DNA of 64,000 nucleotides from Harriotta raleighana (Eukaryota): NCBI GenBank assembly GCA_050575255.1, contig JBNZDD010013429.1, positions 129,732 to 193,731 of the forward strand, read 5' to 3'. Shown piece by piece: positions 1 to 13,600 of this stretch (position 1 is its first letter; each line of letters starts with the position of its first letter). The notes under the pieces were generated by a model. It saw only the letters and a program-made list of their open reading frames with translations, ran no database searches and was not told where the DNA came from. The position numbers and the translations under genes were made by a program.

Positions 1-215
1 TTTTCACTCGGCAAGTTGTTCGAATCTGGAATGCATTGCCTGAAAAGGTGGTGGAGGCTGATTCGATAACAACTTTTAAAAGGGAATTAGATCTTTATTT
101 AGGGAGAACAGGTCTATTAGGCTATGGGGAGCGAGCAGGGCAGTGGGATTAAATCGCTCTTTTCAAAGAGCCGGCACAGACTAGATGGGCCGAATGGCCT
201 CCTTTTGTGCCGTAA
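1..215 (+). mobile_element. CR1-type LINE 3' end fragment
   Basis: tggaatgcattgcctgaaaaggtggtggaggc...gagccggcacagactagatgggccgaatggcctcctt; a related copy lies at about 47545-47775. Boundaries approximate. Confidence 0.75.
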
Positions 216-689
216 ACATCAAAAAAAGAAAAAATCAAAAAGAAGGATGTCTCAAGACACTGAATAATTAAGGGTTTCCATTCAAGCTGAGGGTTGTAAC
301 CAAAAGGTTTGGAGTACAGGCAGGATATTTGAAAGATGAAAACATAATCGGAAGAGTCTGATAGAGTGCTACGGTTTGGCTGTACCTGAACTACTGTGTA
401 CAGTTTGATCACTGTGACATAACAGGGAGACTTAGACTTGGACTAGGTGCAATGGAGAACACTGATACTCAGTGTTAACGGAATGAGTTCCAAGCAATAT
501 TAGGGATAGGACAAGGGCTCTTCAATATTGAAAATAAACTCTTTAAAGGGACCTTATAAAGGTATAGAATATTTTAACTATGTTTCATAAAAAAACCTGG
601 AGCAATATTTTCAGATATGCCAAAGCAACAGTACAAGAGGACAATTTTATGACAGACACTAAAGCTGTTTTTTACCCAGAGGATAATTA

Positions 690-1010
690 TTAATAGCAAA
701 ACATTCTTCCATTTGATATAGCACTTAGTCATGTTTGGTGAGATGTCTCAAAGCACTTCACAGGCTTTTACTATAAAGTATAGTGACTTGTTCTTTATAG
801 GCAAACATGGTAGTCAATTTGGGCACAGAAATGCTCCGCAAAAAAACAGTCATGGGGTGAAATACCAATTTGATTTGGGGGATTGTTGGCTGGGACATTG
901 AGAGAATCTTGCTTCTCTTTGCAAATAATATCATCCACTTTTATGTCCACTTAGACTGTGGTTTAATGTCTCATCCAAAGGATAGCACTTCCAACAATAT
1001 AAACTATTTG
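690..1010 (-). mobile_element. Deu-domain (SacSINE/AmnSINE-like) SINE remnant
   Basis: Reverse complement resembles the Deu core (ggatgagacattaaacc...gtggacataaaag). Related copies at about 15030-15330, 16960-17200, 32370-32700 and 56410-56850. Confidence 0.55.
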
Positions 1011-1888
1011 AGCCGAGGACATTGGATTATTTTGATAAATAGCTTGATACTGTGATGGGAAGTAACACCATTTCTCCTTTGATGGTGGGAAGGATGAGAT
1101 TGAATGGAATGAAAGGCCTACTCCGACCAATCTTGCTTATGATCTTGTGAACAATTGGGCTGATTTCCAACTGTTGGATTGAAAAGAAATTGAAAAGCAA
1201 ACATAATATATGAAAATCAAAGCATTTTGTTAGAACTTTGATGTGAGGAGAGAAGGAAGTTGTAGTCTGTCTGAGTTCACAGAGATACACATCTTATAAT
1301 TTGTGTCACATTTGATACGGCAGTTTCCAAAATCAATCCATCTGTTTTGGATTTTTTCATATCCGCAATGCTTGCTGCATTCCACTCCTGAATGAATGAA
1401 TAGAGGTGCAGATAATCCAAGATGAGTTACTCTTTATATTGAAATTTAGGGAAGATTGTGCTGGTCTGCACAATTCGTTCAGGTCAATGACCACTTCTCG
1501 GTGATTACCACGTCAGATGCCCCTAGCCTCATGAGACATAATGAACATGGAAAGCCTGTGCCCAGAGCTCTGATCTGACAGCTCTATTGTAAAGCTATGA
1601 GGTACATGAGAAATAATTAGTTTTTGGTGACCAGATAAGATCAATGGAACCAAAGTGTGGAATAAATAATGAGGCAGGTTCATAGCTGGCATTTGGTCAG
1701 TCCACAGGTTCCACGCAGATGGAATAGACCAAAGCAACCAGACCCTGGGGGTGGGTGGATAGAAACATAGGTGGATTGTGAGTAATATGCCTGTGAGTCT
1801 AGGTTGGAAATTAATTGGTTAAAAGGGCTTGTTCTGTAACTCCATTTATTTATGACAAACAGGGGCTGGGACAAGGACACAGTCTGAT

Positions 1889-1896
1889 TATAAATA
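1889..1896 (+). promoter_or_regulatory. TATA box of the C-type lectin gene
   Basis: TATAAATA followed by a short putative non-coding exon ending AAG|gtaaag at 1943/1944 and a pyrimidine-rich acceptor at 2021-2022, upstream of the ATG at 2048. Confidence 0.6.
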
Positions 1897-2047
1897 GAGG
1901 GCTTGGGTCATTTCTCCTTCGTACAGTTACTGGGATCTTTAAGGTAAAGGTACAGTTTCACAAAGTGCAGCTATTCTCTGACAGTTGCTTGCTACTAAAT
2001 TCTCTTTCTTGTTTCTCTTTAGCGTGTTTGAAAGCAACAACAAGAAA

Positions 2048-2111
2048 ATGTTGACTATTCTTATCTTGCTGGGCCTCCTAACGTCTTACAGTGCTGGTGA
2101 AGCTTCCAGTG
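2048..2111 (+). CDS. C-type lectin coding exon 1 (signal peptide)
   Basis: MLTILILLGLLTSYSAGEASS then G|gtaagt, phase 1. Confidence 0.85.
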
Positions 2112-5100
2112 GTAAGTTACTTTTCAGAGTTCCATTTCTCCTATAATCTACAAGACTCCTCTCCTTCCCTTCCTTCCAGTTCATTTCAGGATTCTCTCTC
2201 CTCCCTCAGTCTACCTTTTTTTCTCAACCTTTCATATTCTCTTCTACTCCCAGAGGCTACAGACACTTGAGAAAATCAGTGGTAAATTACTTTGTTTCTA
2301 TCCACTATTCCAAACTCATGGGGCAGCAATCTGGGACATGGCAATATCTTTCCATCCAAACTCCTGAACCTAATCTTTCTCCTGATGTTTTTTGTAATCC
2401 AATGAGATCCAAGAGCCTACTGAACAGTTCCAATCCACTTCAGCCAAGATGGGAGTGAACAGAAATTTGTGAATGAATTTTATTCAATGTTAAGAGTGAA
2501 AACCAATACATAGTCCAGACCATTCTCTGCTCTCTCCCATTCCTCCTCTAACCGCTCTAGCTCACATTTATAACCATTCCTTGGGACAACAGCTCTTTAC
2601 CCTTCTACCACCCACACATTTCACTTTGCCTTTCTAATGAAATTGATACCTTCTCAGATTTTCCCAAGATTACTCCATTCCATATACCCTTCCTCCTATA
2701 CTGTACTGTACTCCTTCATCCCTCATTATTTCCTTCCTTCTACACTCTCCTTGACTCCTCATATTTCCCAATTGAACTCTTCATTTCTTTCTATATTCTG
2801 CACTCTTCTAAGGATGTACAGGATTCTTCCCAGCCCCACTTTTGCTCTCTACCTACACTTCACAGACACTTAAGTACTAGATCTGGGTTCATCACATCTC
2901 TTCAGTTGTACTTGTCCATCAGAACCAATTGGCCATTTTCACAAGGGACCTGCACTGTGTTGTTTGTGCAGCCAAATCAGCCCTAGGAACATCATAGCTG
3001 TGACTGGTCCTGTCCTCCCTGGAATCCAGTAGTCAGATCTAGAAAGCAAACTCCTGCCAATGTTTGCCTCCCTTTGAGCTGTAGCAATCCCTCCCATCAG
3101 CCAGGCTCACAAATACAGCTAAACCCGAGTCAAGGGTCTGCTGACATCTTGCTGGTCTGTACTTCTCTCCAGCCTGTGAAGTTACACATAACAAATAAAA
3201 CTCTATCATCAGCCAATTGGAAGTCCCTCCATATGCTGTTTGAGACATCTCTGAGGTGACCAGGTGAGATTTTGTTTGGCATCCCAATCTGTATTGAACT
3301 GAATTTCAGGTACAATGTATCAACATATGTGAGCTTTGGGCACTAATTAATTATCTTTTGTGTTTCCACAGAATATGGGCTAGATGGATATATTCCGATG
3401 AAGAATGAATATGGGGCATTTGTAGATACAGGGTATGGTCCGACACCAAAAGGTTATGACTATGATGATGACCACGCAGTTTATGGTGGCACATTGCCCA
3501 CAGATGGATTCCCAGTGGAGAAATATGTTGTGGCATCCAATCGAGTTTGCAAAGACAAAAATGGCATTTGCAAAGGACCTTGTCGAGATGGTTTTTTTGC
3601 TTTGAATGACGTGTGCTACAAGTATATTCACCGAAAACTGTGCTTTGCTGATGCAGAGGTATGTGCTCCACCTTATAGCTCCAATGTTACATTGCAAATT
3701 CTAATTTTATCAAAAGTGAGAAAGATTGATACACATTAAACTTACATTGAATAATTTGAAAGCCGGTGCTTTATAAATTATCTTAAAAGAAAAGGATTGT
3801 GAGATCACAGAAAAAGAAGAGAGAAATGCTGAAAGGAAATTGAAATCAAGTTGACGAAACATCAATGCCAAATATTGCAAGTGTTTTTTTTGGAGAGGAT
3901 GGATTTAAAAATTGTTACTCTTGTATTCAAATCCCTCCACTCCTCTGCACACTCCTACCTCTCTGACCTCCTCTCTGCTCACAAATGTACTTGTTGCCAT
4001 ACCTCTAATTGGTCAGGCCTTCTCCTTGTCCCCCTTATCCTCTGTTCCACCATCGGCAGCCGATACCTTCAGGCAGCACGCGTCAAGGCTCTGGATCTCC
4101 CATCCTCACTCCCTTTGCCTTGCCCACTCCTTTCCAATTTTCAGGTCTCACCTAAAGATTTTTCTTTTTGACCGCGCTTTTGGTCACCTTTTCCGCCTCT
4201 CCCTGTCTCAGCCCCAGGATCCATTATTGTGAAGCGCTCTCAGACACTGTTTGTTGTGGAGGGCACTATATAAATCCATGTTGCTGTTGAGTGCTGGAAA
4301 TGAAGGAAAGCAGCACACGGCATTTCCCTGTCATGCTATGTGCAGGGTCTGAGACCAGGAGCCAATTTGTCAGTTGTGTATTTGTATGAAAACCACCCCA
4401 AAAATTTACCACTTTCATCAGAATGGACCCAGGTGAATCTAATTAGTTTATTCCTGTTTGCCTGAATCCCCTCAACCTTAGTTTTGGAAAAAGTCCAATT
4501 TTCCATGGACTAACCTAACCTTCTGTTAAGGCATTGATGAGTGAAACATCAGAAATATGTTGGAATGTTCCACAACTGCCTGGCTCAATGATCAGATTAC
4601 TTTAATGCAGAGAGTCACTAAAATCTATTCTCTTTTGATACAATATGTACAATAGAGCCAATGTGATCCTTGAGCCCAACCACACCCCACCCCTACCCCC
4701 CTGACACCAATACCTCTAATGCAGGTCAGTCATGAGAGATGTACAATCGCACCAGATGGATCAGGAAGTGAGAATCATCAGTGTGTGCTAACATATACTT
4801 TGAGATAGAAATGGTTCCATAATTTCCTTACCACATTCTGACATTTGCATTTCATTCTTTTCTCTTCCAGCTGTACTGCCGACACCATTTTCCTGGGTCT
4901 CACCTCGCATCTATACATTGCCGTTTGAACCATATGTTCATTAGAAACCTGATAAAATTATCATATCCTACATGCCCTAAGACTTGGATTGGTCTCACTG
5001 ATTGCTCCAAAGTAAGTAACCAATACTTTCTTCTCTTCTGTATCATGACGCATACTACCCAGATGAAGGGTGAAATATAAAAGCAACTTATTTCTTCAAG

Positions 5101-8100
5101 CTTTTATTGTTTGCCAGATGTCCAAACTACTTAGAGTCAAAGTACTTGAAGGATAACTTGTTATTTGTTTAGCTTTTGTTGGTAGCAGCTTCACATTAAC
5201 AGAAAACATTCAATGGTTGGTCAATAATCATACTCCCGTCATTTTCCAACTTTTCTAATGGGCATCTCCTCACTGAGTAACTGTTGACTGTTTCACATTA
5301 TATAAGATTATTGGGATATGAGGTTAAAATACATCTGCTACTTCTGCTTAATATATTTTGAATGCCATAAATCATCTACCCATACTGCTTCATACCATCA
5401 ATCAATATCATATTCAAAGATTGTGCTATCCTCCAAGTAATGTATGAATACAATAAATAGTAAGAGAGGCAGACAAAACTGTTCCCACCTATCTGCACTA
5501 CTACTTTCAAGCCAACAAACAAATCTGCTATTAATTCCAAGTGGTTTAACTTCTGAACGTATTTTGCATTGGCTCCCCATCATTCAGAGGATTCAATTCA
5601 AGATCCTATCCTCACCTTTAAAGCCCTCCACGGCCTTGCTCCACCCTACCTCTGTACCCCCCTAAACCCCTACCAACCTGTCTGCTCCCTCCGCTCAGGT
5701 AAGGATTATTATTATGACCATTATTAATTAAGGTTCTAGTTCTGGGATGCTAATATTTTGCTGGAACATTGCAGGAGGGACATTTCGAATGGACTGATGG
5801 GACATGTTCAGATCACACAGCATGGTGCCCCAGTGAACCTTCTGACAAATTTGGAAAGGAAAACTGCGTTGTTATCAACCACAAAAGTACGTTCCCTTTC
5901 TTGAATACTATTTTAAGTTAATTCTTGGATGCTGGAAAAGTCCCCATTGATTGGAAGATTGCACTCCACTATTTAAAAAGGGTGGGAGAGAAAATATGGG
6001 GAATTATAGACCAGTTAGTCTAACATCAGTGATAGGAAAAAATTTTGATTAAAGATGTCATTATGGGATACCTAGAAAACCATAAAAAGATTAGACAGAG
6101 TTAACATGGCTTTACAAAAGGGAAGTCATGCTTGACTAATCTTTTAGAGTTTTTTGAAGATGTATCCAGCAGGTTGGATAGTAGATGGGGTATATTTGGA
6201 TTTTAAGAAGGCATTTGATCGTGCCACAAAAGGCTGCTACACAAGGTTAAGGCCCACAGGATTAATGGGAACATATTAGCATGGATCGAAGAGTGGCTAA
6301 TGGGTAGAAAACAGAGAGTAGCGATAAACGGGTCATTCTCAAATTGGCAGGATATAACTAGCGGAGTGCAACAAGGATCACGGCTTGGGCCTCAGCTATT
6401 TACTATTTACATCAATGATCTAGACAAGTCATTTAATGTAATGTGTCTAAATTTGCGGATGACACTAAACTGTAGGAGAGTGAGCTCTGAAGATGATGCA
6501 AAAAGATTGCAATGAGATATAGATAAGCTAGGGGAGTGGGAAAGGAGGTGGCAGCTGGAATTTAATGTTCGCAAGTGTGAAATTATTCACCAAAAATTAA
6601 AAAAAAGATTATTTTCTAGAGGGGGAGAGGTTAGATAGTGTTAGTATTCAAAGGGATTTGGGTGACCTTGTACACCAATCTCAAAAAGTTAGTTTGCAGG
6701 TGCAGCAAGCAACTAAGAAAGCAAACGGCATGCTAGCTTCCATGTNGTCAAAAGGTTTAGAGTAGGGAAGTCTTGCTGCAACTGTATAGGGTTTTGGTGA
6801 GACTGTACCTAGAGTATTGTATGCAGTTTTGGTCTCCTTATTTACAAAAGGACATACTTGCCTGAGAGGGGGTGCAGAGTAGGTTCATTAGGTTAGGGCA
6901 GGTAATTAGAGTTAGGCCAGAAGATCAGCCACGATCTTATTGAATGGCGGGGCTGGCTCGAGGGGCCAAATGGCCTACTCCTGCTCCTAATTCTTATGTT
7001 CTTGAAACTAGCTTTTGTTTTATGTTCAACTTTGACAATCGATGCTGATAAAATATCCATGAAAAAAGTAGAAAGAAAGAGAGATTCAGATTTAGAATCT
7101 GAAAAATAAATAGTTGCAAAGATCAAGATATGTTGTGCTCCAGCAAACGAAGCAGGCAAACTTTTGATTTGCACAGAAGGTTGTGAGAAAGGCATAGTCA
7201 CCTACTCAATTAAAATTTTACAGGTGGAGATGGATTGTTTAACAGTTGATAGTTAAATATATTAAATAAAATGGAGAATAAATGGGGAAATGGGATTGAA
7301 AGATCATCAATAATCTAATAAAATGGGTATGTTACTTTTCTAACCGAGAACTCTAAATGTTGTAATTTCGTGCCAATATTATCTCAAAACTAGAAAACTA
7401 GAACAATCCAACTCCATATCCACAATGTTGGGCCAAGTCAGAGACTTGGAAGTATGATTGGGTTGGGGGATGGTGAGGGTATGCCTTCAACAGGTGAAAG
7501 AGACAGCCTCTGAGATTCAATGATGGATATCTGCTGAGCCTCATGTCAGCCAGGCTGGAACTCCCAATTTATTCCTAACTCCAGGGCAATGCGAATGGAA
7601 ATTCACAATCTATTACCACTCGGAGTAAGAGCCAGTCTGGTTCTGGCAACTGCAAAAACTGAGACACTCAGGCTGCTCTACCTGTTCCTGTAGGCATGGT
7701 GTTGCTTCATGATTGTAAAGGAAATGGGGAAAGGAAATATACGTTAGATGTTTAATGCAGTAGAGGAATAGACATGTCTAAATGTGGAGCTATGTAGATC
7801 ATTAAAGGTAGCAGCATAGATAGGTAAGATCATTAAAAAAAAAGGTGGGGGGAAATCCTGAATTTCATATCCAGAATCATAGAACATGAAAAGAAGGCAC
7901 TGTTGAATTTAGGCAAGTTTTTGGTTGGAGTATATTGTACAGTTTGGACACTCCACTTTTGGAAGGATATAAAAGGACTGAAACACGGAACAGATTCACT
8001 AGGATAGATGTGACCAGGTTTGAGGGTTTCAGAAAAAAATAATTTCTGTGACTGCCAATAAGGTGACCTGATTAAAGTTCTTCAAGATTATGAATGCCTT

Positions 8101-8504
8101 TGATAGGCACAATAGTCATAGTTTACTTCCACAGCGTTTAAAATAATAATTGATAATAATAAAGGGCTGTTATGTGAAATTGCCAGCTACAAACTGCAGT
8201 TGAGGCAGAAACATCAATCCTTTGTAAGGATACTTGAAAAATGCTTGAAGTGGAGTAATATTAAACACAATGGTGGTTTGGTAATAGAGGTTTGAATAAA
8301 AAGCAACCTGTTTTCATGCCGTTAAATTTTAGATTCTACATGTCTTATGTCAAAAAATGCATCAAATATCTTTCACACCATTCAATCTCTGTTTCAGGTA
8401 ATTATCTCTGGTCAGATGAAGATTGTAACCAGGAGTTTAACTTTATCTGTGCCTATCCATTAAACTGCAGAAAAAATGATTGTTCAAGTCAAACATGCAA
8501 CTAA
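2048..8504 (+). CDS. Secreted C-type lectin domain protein, 236 aa, 17 Cys
   Basis: Coding exons 2048-2111, 3372-3658, 4871-5011, 5775-5886, 8398-8504. All introns are GT-AG with matching phases, total 711 nt. Signal peptide MLTILILLGLLTSYSAG; CTLD motifs CYKY, HLASIH, WIGL, FEWTDG, EPS, ENC, WSD, FIC. Confidence 0.9.
3372..3658 (+). CDS. C-type lectin coding exon 2 (Tyr/Gly/Asp-rich linker and CTLD start)
   Basis: cacag| EYGLDGYIPMKNEYG...CRDGFFALNDVCYKYIHRKLCFADAE |gtatgt. Confidence 0.9.
3865..4290 (+). mobile_element. L2-type LINE 3' fragment
   Basis: Decayed RT C-terminal frame (KIVTLVFKSLH...YLSDLL) with the family 3' end gggcactatataaat...gttgctgttg. Confidence 0.65.
4871..5011 (+). 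CDS. C-type lectin coding exon 3
   Basis: ttccag| LYCRHHFPGSHLASIHC...KTWIGLTDCSK |gtaagt. Confidence 0.9.
5775..5886 (+). CDS. C-type lectin coding exon 4
   Basis: gcag| EGHFEWTDGTCSDHTAWCPSEPSDKFGKENCVVINHK |gtacgt. Confidence 0.9.
5923..7003 (+). mobile_element. CR1-type LINE fragment (decayed RT and 3' end)
   Basis: NYRPVSLTSV, YLDF.KAFD, SGV.QGS.LGPQLFTIYINDL motifs with frameshifts; tail ttcttatgttctt. Confidence 0.85.
8398..8504 (+). CDS. C-type lectin last coding exon
   Basis: tttcag| SNYLWSDEDCNQEFNFICAYPLNCRKNDCSSQTCN*. Confidence 0.9.
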
Positions 8505-8616
8505 TTCTGCGAACAGTGCCACAACAGTCTATTTCCAGTGCCACTTCTGATTTATGTTAAAATGGCATTTTTAATCTCATTTTGGAATTATAATCTGTTC
8601 TGAGATTGTAGAAACC

Positions 8617-8622
8617 AATAAA
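8617..8622 (+). terminator. Polyadenylation signal of the lectin gene
   Basis: AATAAA about 110 nt after the stop, followed by GT/T-rich sequence. Confidence 0.6.
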
Positions 8623-8859
8623 GTAGTGAAGCATCATACTGTCTCTGCTTGGTTCTATCTTGCATCCTTTCATTGTAGAATTTTATTCGTTTCCATTCCA
8701 TTGGTAGGGTTGGATAAGGATTAAGTGATAATAATCCTTGTATTTGATATCACACCTCATCACTTTGCCAAAATATGTAAATGGCTTTTCAGAATTTTAC
8801 TGGGATTGCAATGGCTGTGCATTTTGTAGCCATAAATTGAATGACCAATGTGATTGGTC

Positions 8860-9510
8860 TCAAAGGCATCTTTGGTGATGTCATCCGCAGACATGGGGTA
8901 AACTTCCACATGTATGCTGATGACACCGAACTCTACTTTTTCACCTCAATTTGTGAACCCCTAGTACCCTGATGATCTGTCAGCCTGCCTGTCAGACATC
9001 AAGAGCTGGATGAGTGCAAATTTCCTTCAGTTAAATGTTGACAAGACGGAAATCATACTCTTTGGCTCTTGTCGACGTCTTCAGTCCCTTGGCTCTCAGC
9101 TCCTTCATCTTCTGACCTGCCCGAAACCTCTCCGAACCCATACGTAATTTAGGCATCAGGTTCAACCCCCAATTATCCTTTCTCCCTCACATCCGGTCCC
9201 TCACCACCACTGCCTTCTTCCATCTTCAACATATCGCCCATCTCCACCAATACCTCATCCAAAAGCTGCGAAAACCCTGGTCCATGCCTTTGTCCACTCT
9301 CGGCTGGACTACTCCAATGCCCTCCTCGACCCTCCATCTCCCCTCCACAACCATTCACAAAATCCAGTTTATTTAAAATTGTGCCACCTGCATTCTCACC
9401 CAAACCAAACTTTGCTCCCTGATAACCCCAGTTCTTGCCAGAATTCACTGTCTCCCTGTCTCAGAACAGATCAATTTCAAGATCCTCACTCTTGTGTTCA
9501 AATCCTTCCA
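8860..9510 (+). mobile_element. L2-type LINE RT fragment
   Basis: [45 protein letters not shown] motifs, decayed. Confidence 0.8.
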
Positions 9511-10495
9511 GTCCTGCCAGCGCAGGAGAGGCAATACCTGCCTTTTCACCTCCTCCTAGACCACTGCCCAAGGCCCCAAGCACTACAGGTACAACCCTAA
9601 TCTACTAGTTTCTCGCCATTTCAACTCTCCTTACCACTCACATCTTACCTCTCCATCCACTGTCTCCAGTGAACCACAGTACAAGCTTGAGGAATAGCAT
9701 TTTATCAGCACCTTATCTATCTGCTACAGACCTCACAGCCACTCTGGCATCAATATGGAGTTCAATAATTTCAGGCCAAAACAGCTCCCCTTCATCCTCC
9801 CCATTTTCTGTGAACATCTGTTCTGCCTTTTCTTTTGCAATTTCACCCCCTCTTTGTTTACGTTATTAAACAACTCTTCTCTCCAGTTTTGTTGCAATCC
9901 TGCCTCCCCACTTTATGTTATAACATTAACACCCTTTTAATCCATTATTTCCTAACCTCTATCCCATTTTCTCCTCTGTCTTCCTTGCCCTGCCCACCCC
10001 TCTCTATTAGTCCTTAAAAGGGATGAGCAGAGAGAATCCAGGATGAAGTTCCAGAGTGGAGTAAGAATGGATGAAAACTCATCCACAGACCCTGGAATAG
10101 AATGGGTGGTTGACATAAACCAAACTGACATTAGACGACAACAACAACATTACATTTTTAGAGCACCTTTCACATCGGTAGGAGGTCCCTAGCAGAGGAA
10201 TGGTAGGGTTGCAGGAATTCACTGGGGAAGGATGGCAAAAGGTCCAGGTGGATTGATTGCATATTTTGTGGGTGAAAAAATGAAGCCAGTGGATATACTT
10301 AAACTTTTGTTTTAATCTGTGCCTACCACGATTGGTTGGTTGGGGGGGAATTAAACATTTTTTACTTGAGCACAAGACATTGGTTGAGGCCCAATTTTTA
10401 GACAAGATGAACATCTGCAAGCAAAGCTCATGAAATGATGGACACAAGTTTATCCACATTCAGTTGGAAATGGTTCTTTCTCCTTTTCCCAATTA

Positions 10496-10657
10496 TTATA
10501 CAACTGTCTCCTTGTCTGGGGGCACAATATGGGAATTCTTGTCACCAGGTGTGGGATATCGGAAACTGGCGTCTGAAGTGGAAGACAGCAGTGATTCTTT
10601 CTTGTATGTCCCAAACTGCTTTAAGTCATCAGATGGCTGGATTAGCTGAAATATACG
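10496..10657 (-). CDS. SLC6 gene A last exon (C-tail)
   Basis: tttttcctgcag| [14 protein letters not shown]...VPPDKETVV*. Confidence 0.85.
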   Translation of the reverse strand, partial: RIFQLIQPSDDLKQFGTYKKESLLSSTSDASFRYPTPGDKNSHIVPPDKETVV

Positions 10658-13600
10658 CTGCAGGAAAAAGACATATTCAATTCTGTTTAACTAAAAAGAT
10701 TACATCAACAAATGTGTATTAATGAACAAAGTAAATCAATAATACGAGGGTTATGAAATTTATCTTATACATAGATTATTCCGGTTGTCTAGACTCACAG
10801 AGTGGTGATTTATCTACAGAGCTTTTCCTCATTCAAATCTGCTGTTTATAGATAGCATCAGTCTGTTCCTTTTGGTCAACAACAACAACAACAACAACAA
10901 AATTACATTTATAGAGCGCGTTTCACGTCAGGAGGATGTCCCAAGGCGCTGGACAGATGATTTAAGACCCGAGCAGTGGGAAATGTTCAGGGCGAGGGGG
11001 GAGGGGGAGGGTGGGAGCAAGGAGGAGGTAGAGAGTCGAGAGGGGAGCTGAAGGCACGGTCGAAGAGAAAGGTCTTGAGACCGGCCTTGAAAGAGGAAAG
11101 GGAGGGAGCGAGGCGAAGGCACTGGGGGATGGAGTTCCAGAGCCTGGGGGCTGAGCAGCTGAAAGCCCGGCNNNNNNNNNNNNNNNNNNNNNNNNNNNNN
11201 NNNNNNNNNNNNNNNNNNNNNNNNNNNNNNNNNNNNNNNNNNNNNNNNNNNNNNNNNNNNNNNNNNNNNNNNNNNNNNNNNNNNNNNNNNNNNNNNNNNN
11301 NNNNNNNNNNNNNNNNNNNNNNNNNNNNNNNNNNNNNNNNNNNNNNNNNNNNNNNNNNNNNNNNNNNNNNNNNNNNNNNNNNNNNNNNNNNNNNNNNNNN
11401 NNNNNNNNNNNNNNNNNNNNNNNNNNNNNNNNNNNNNNNNNNNNNNNNNNNNNNNNNNNNNNNNNNNNNNNNNNNNNNNNNNNNNNNNNNNNNNNNNNNN
11501 NNNNNNNNNNNNNNNNNNNNNNNNNNNNNNNNNNNNNNNNNNNNNNNNNNNNNNNNNNNNNNNNNNNNNNNNNNNNNNNNNNNNNNNNNNNNNNNNNNNN
11601 NNNNNNNNNNNNNNNNNNNNNNNNNNNNNNNNNNNNNNNNNNNNNNNNNNNNNNNNNNNNNNNNNNNNNNNNNNNNNNNNNNNNNNNNNNNNNNNNNNNN
11701 NNNNNNNNNNNNNNNNNNNNNNNNNNNNNNNNNNNNNNNNNNNNNNNNNNNNNNNNNNNNNNNNNNNNNNNNNNNNNNNNNNNNNNNNNNNNNNNNNNNN
11801 NNNNNNNNNNNNNNNNNNNNNNNNNNNNNNNNNNNNNNNNNNNNNNNNNNNNNNNNNNNNNNNNNNNNNNNNNNNNNNNNNNNNNNNNNNNNNNNNNNNN
11901 NNNNNNNNNNNNNNNNNNNNNNNNNNNNNNNNNNNNNNNNNNNNNNNNNNNNNNNNNNNNNNNNNNNNNNNNNNNNNNNNNNNNNNNNNNNNNNNNNNNN
12001 NGTGCTATGGGCAGCACGGAAACCCGACTGGAGGGGTTCGAGGAGTGAGTGGGTGGAGAGGAAAGAGCGCAGCTGGGAGGCGACAACTCTTTCCAGAACC
12101 TTGGACAGGAAGGGGAGGTTGGAGATGGGTCGGTAGCTTGAAAGCTGCGACGCATCAAGGGAAGGTTTCTTGAGGGTGGGAGTGATGGTGGCAGTCTTGA
12201 TGGGAATGGGTACTGAACCAGAGGAGAGGGAGAGGTTAATAATGTCTGTGAGAAGAGGGGTAAGGAGGTAGGGGTCAAAAGACTTGTTGTCACTCACTGT
12301 GATATATGTAATAGTATGGATCTTCTGGGTACATGACACACAGTTCTGTTGCTGGTGACTATTCAATCAGGCACATGATCTTGAGTTCCAGTTCACCCAA
12401 TGTAATCCAATGTTAAAGAAGTAAGACAAGCAAAGGTGTACATGTTTTTCAATCTGTAAAGCCAGCTCACCTGCTTGAAGGACCCTTTGGTTGTGAAGAA
12501 CTTGAAGAGCATCCACAATGGGATGCACACCATGGAGGAGAGAGCAAGTAACCAACCCAAAATGTAGGCCCATGTTGGATACACATAGGTATTATTGTAT
12601 TTGAGAGGCGTGTATTCAATCAATGAGAAAATGAAAGTACCCTGCAACAAAGTGAGGAAATCAATAAGAATTCAGTGTTGAGGCAACTGAGACTGAAAAC
12701 AGTAAAGAGTTACCTGTTTGACATGAAGCTAAAGATAGACACAAAGATAGATTTCTTGTGGATGAAGGGATTAAGGGATATGGGGATAAGGCGGGTAAGT
12801 GGAGTTAAAATAGATCAGCCATGATTTTATTGAATGGCGGGGCAGGCTCGAGGGGCTGAATGACCTACTCCTGCTCCTAATTCTTATGTTCTAAGGGAAT
12901 GGAACTCCAAAGCTTCATCTGTGTTTATCCATCATTACACAATTTATCAATAAGATTCTTACTTTTTTATTAATCTCATTCAAGGGTGGGGAAATTTATC
13001 TGCTTGTGGCTTTTTAATCCTCACATCAGCTAAAAGTATCGCAAAAGCAAATGGGTGATATTCCCCATTCCTGGGCAGGGGGTGGGGATTACAGTTAGAC
13101 AGACAAATGGATCATATTCCCTATCCTGGGATAAGGATTTCTCTAAATTAAACCAGTAGTGAGACTCCATGAGGTAAATTACTGGTGAGAATCCACTATA
13201 TAGATTGCCTGACGGGGGAAGGATTACAATCAGAGGTACAAATGGGAGAGATTCCCTAAACATTGGTGAGGCTTACTGTAACATGCACAAGTGGGTGAAA
13301 GTCAATGAATTTTGCTAAAATGGGATTCACGACATATTGTTTTGTCATAATTAAAATTCATTTCACTCTTCTATTTGGATTGATTTAACTCACAGAATTA
13401 GAATAATTTATTAGAAAACAATGAGATGCTTACAATACAAACGCCAGGAGTGACGAAACACCAACACCACTTCATAAAGGGCCAAGGCCTGTACCCAATC
13501 ATATCTTCAATATTGTCATAGAAACGATCAGCACCTGCACAGAAAATTTAATATAGAAAACAATATAGAATTATAGCATCAAAACCAGGCCATTCAGCCC

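Noticed and set aside
10962-12366. 386-459 aa ORFs in the ORF track
   Set aside because: Their length comes from the 830-N gap; the flanks are L2 reverse transcriptase.
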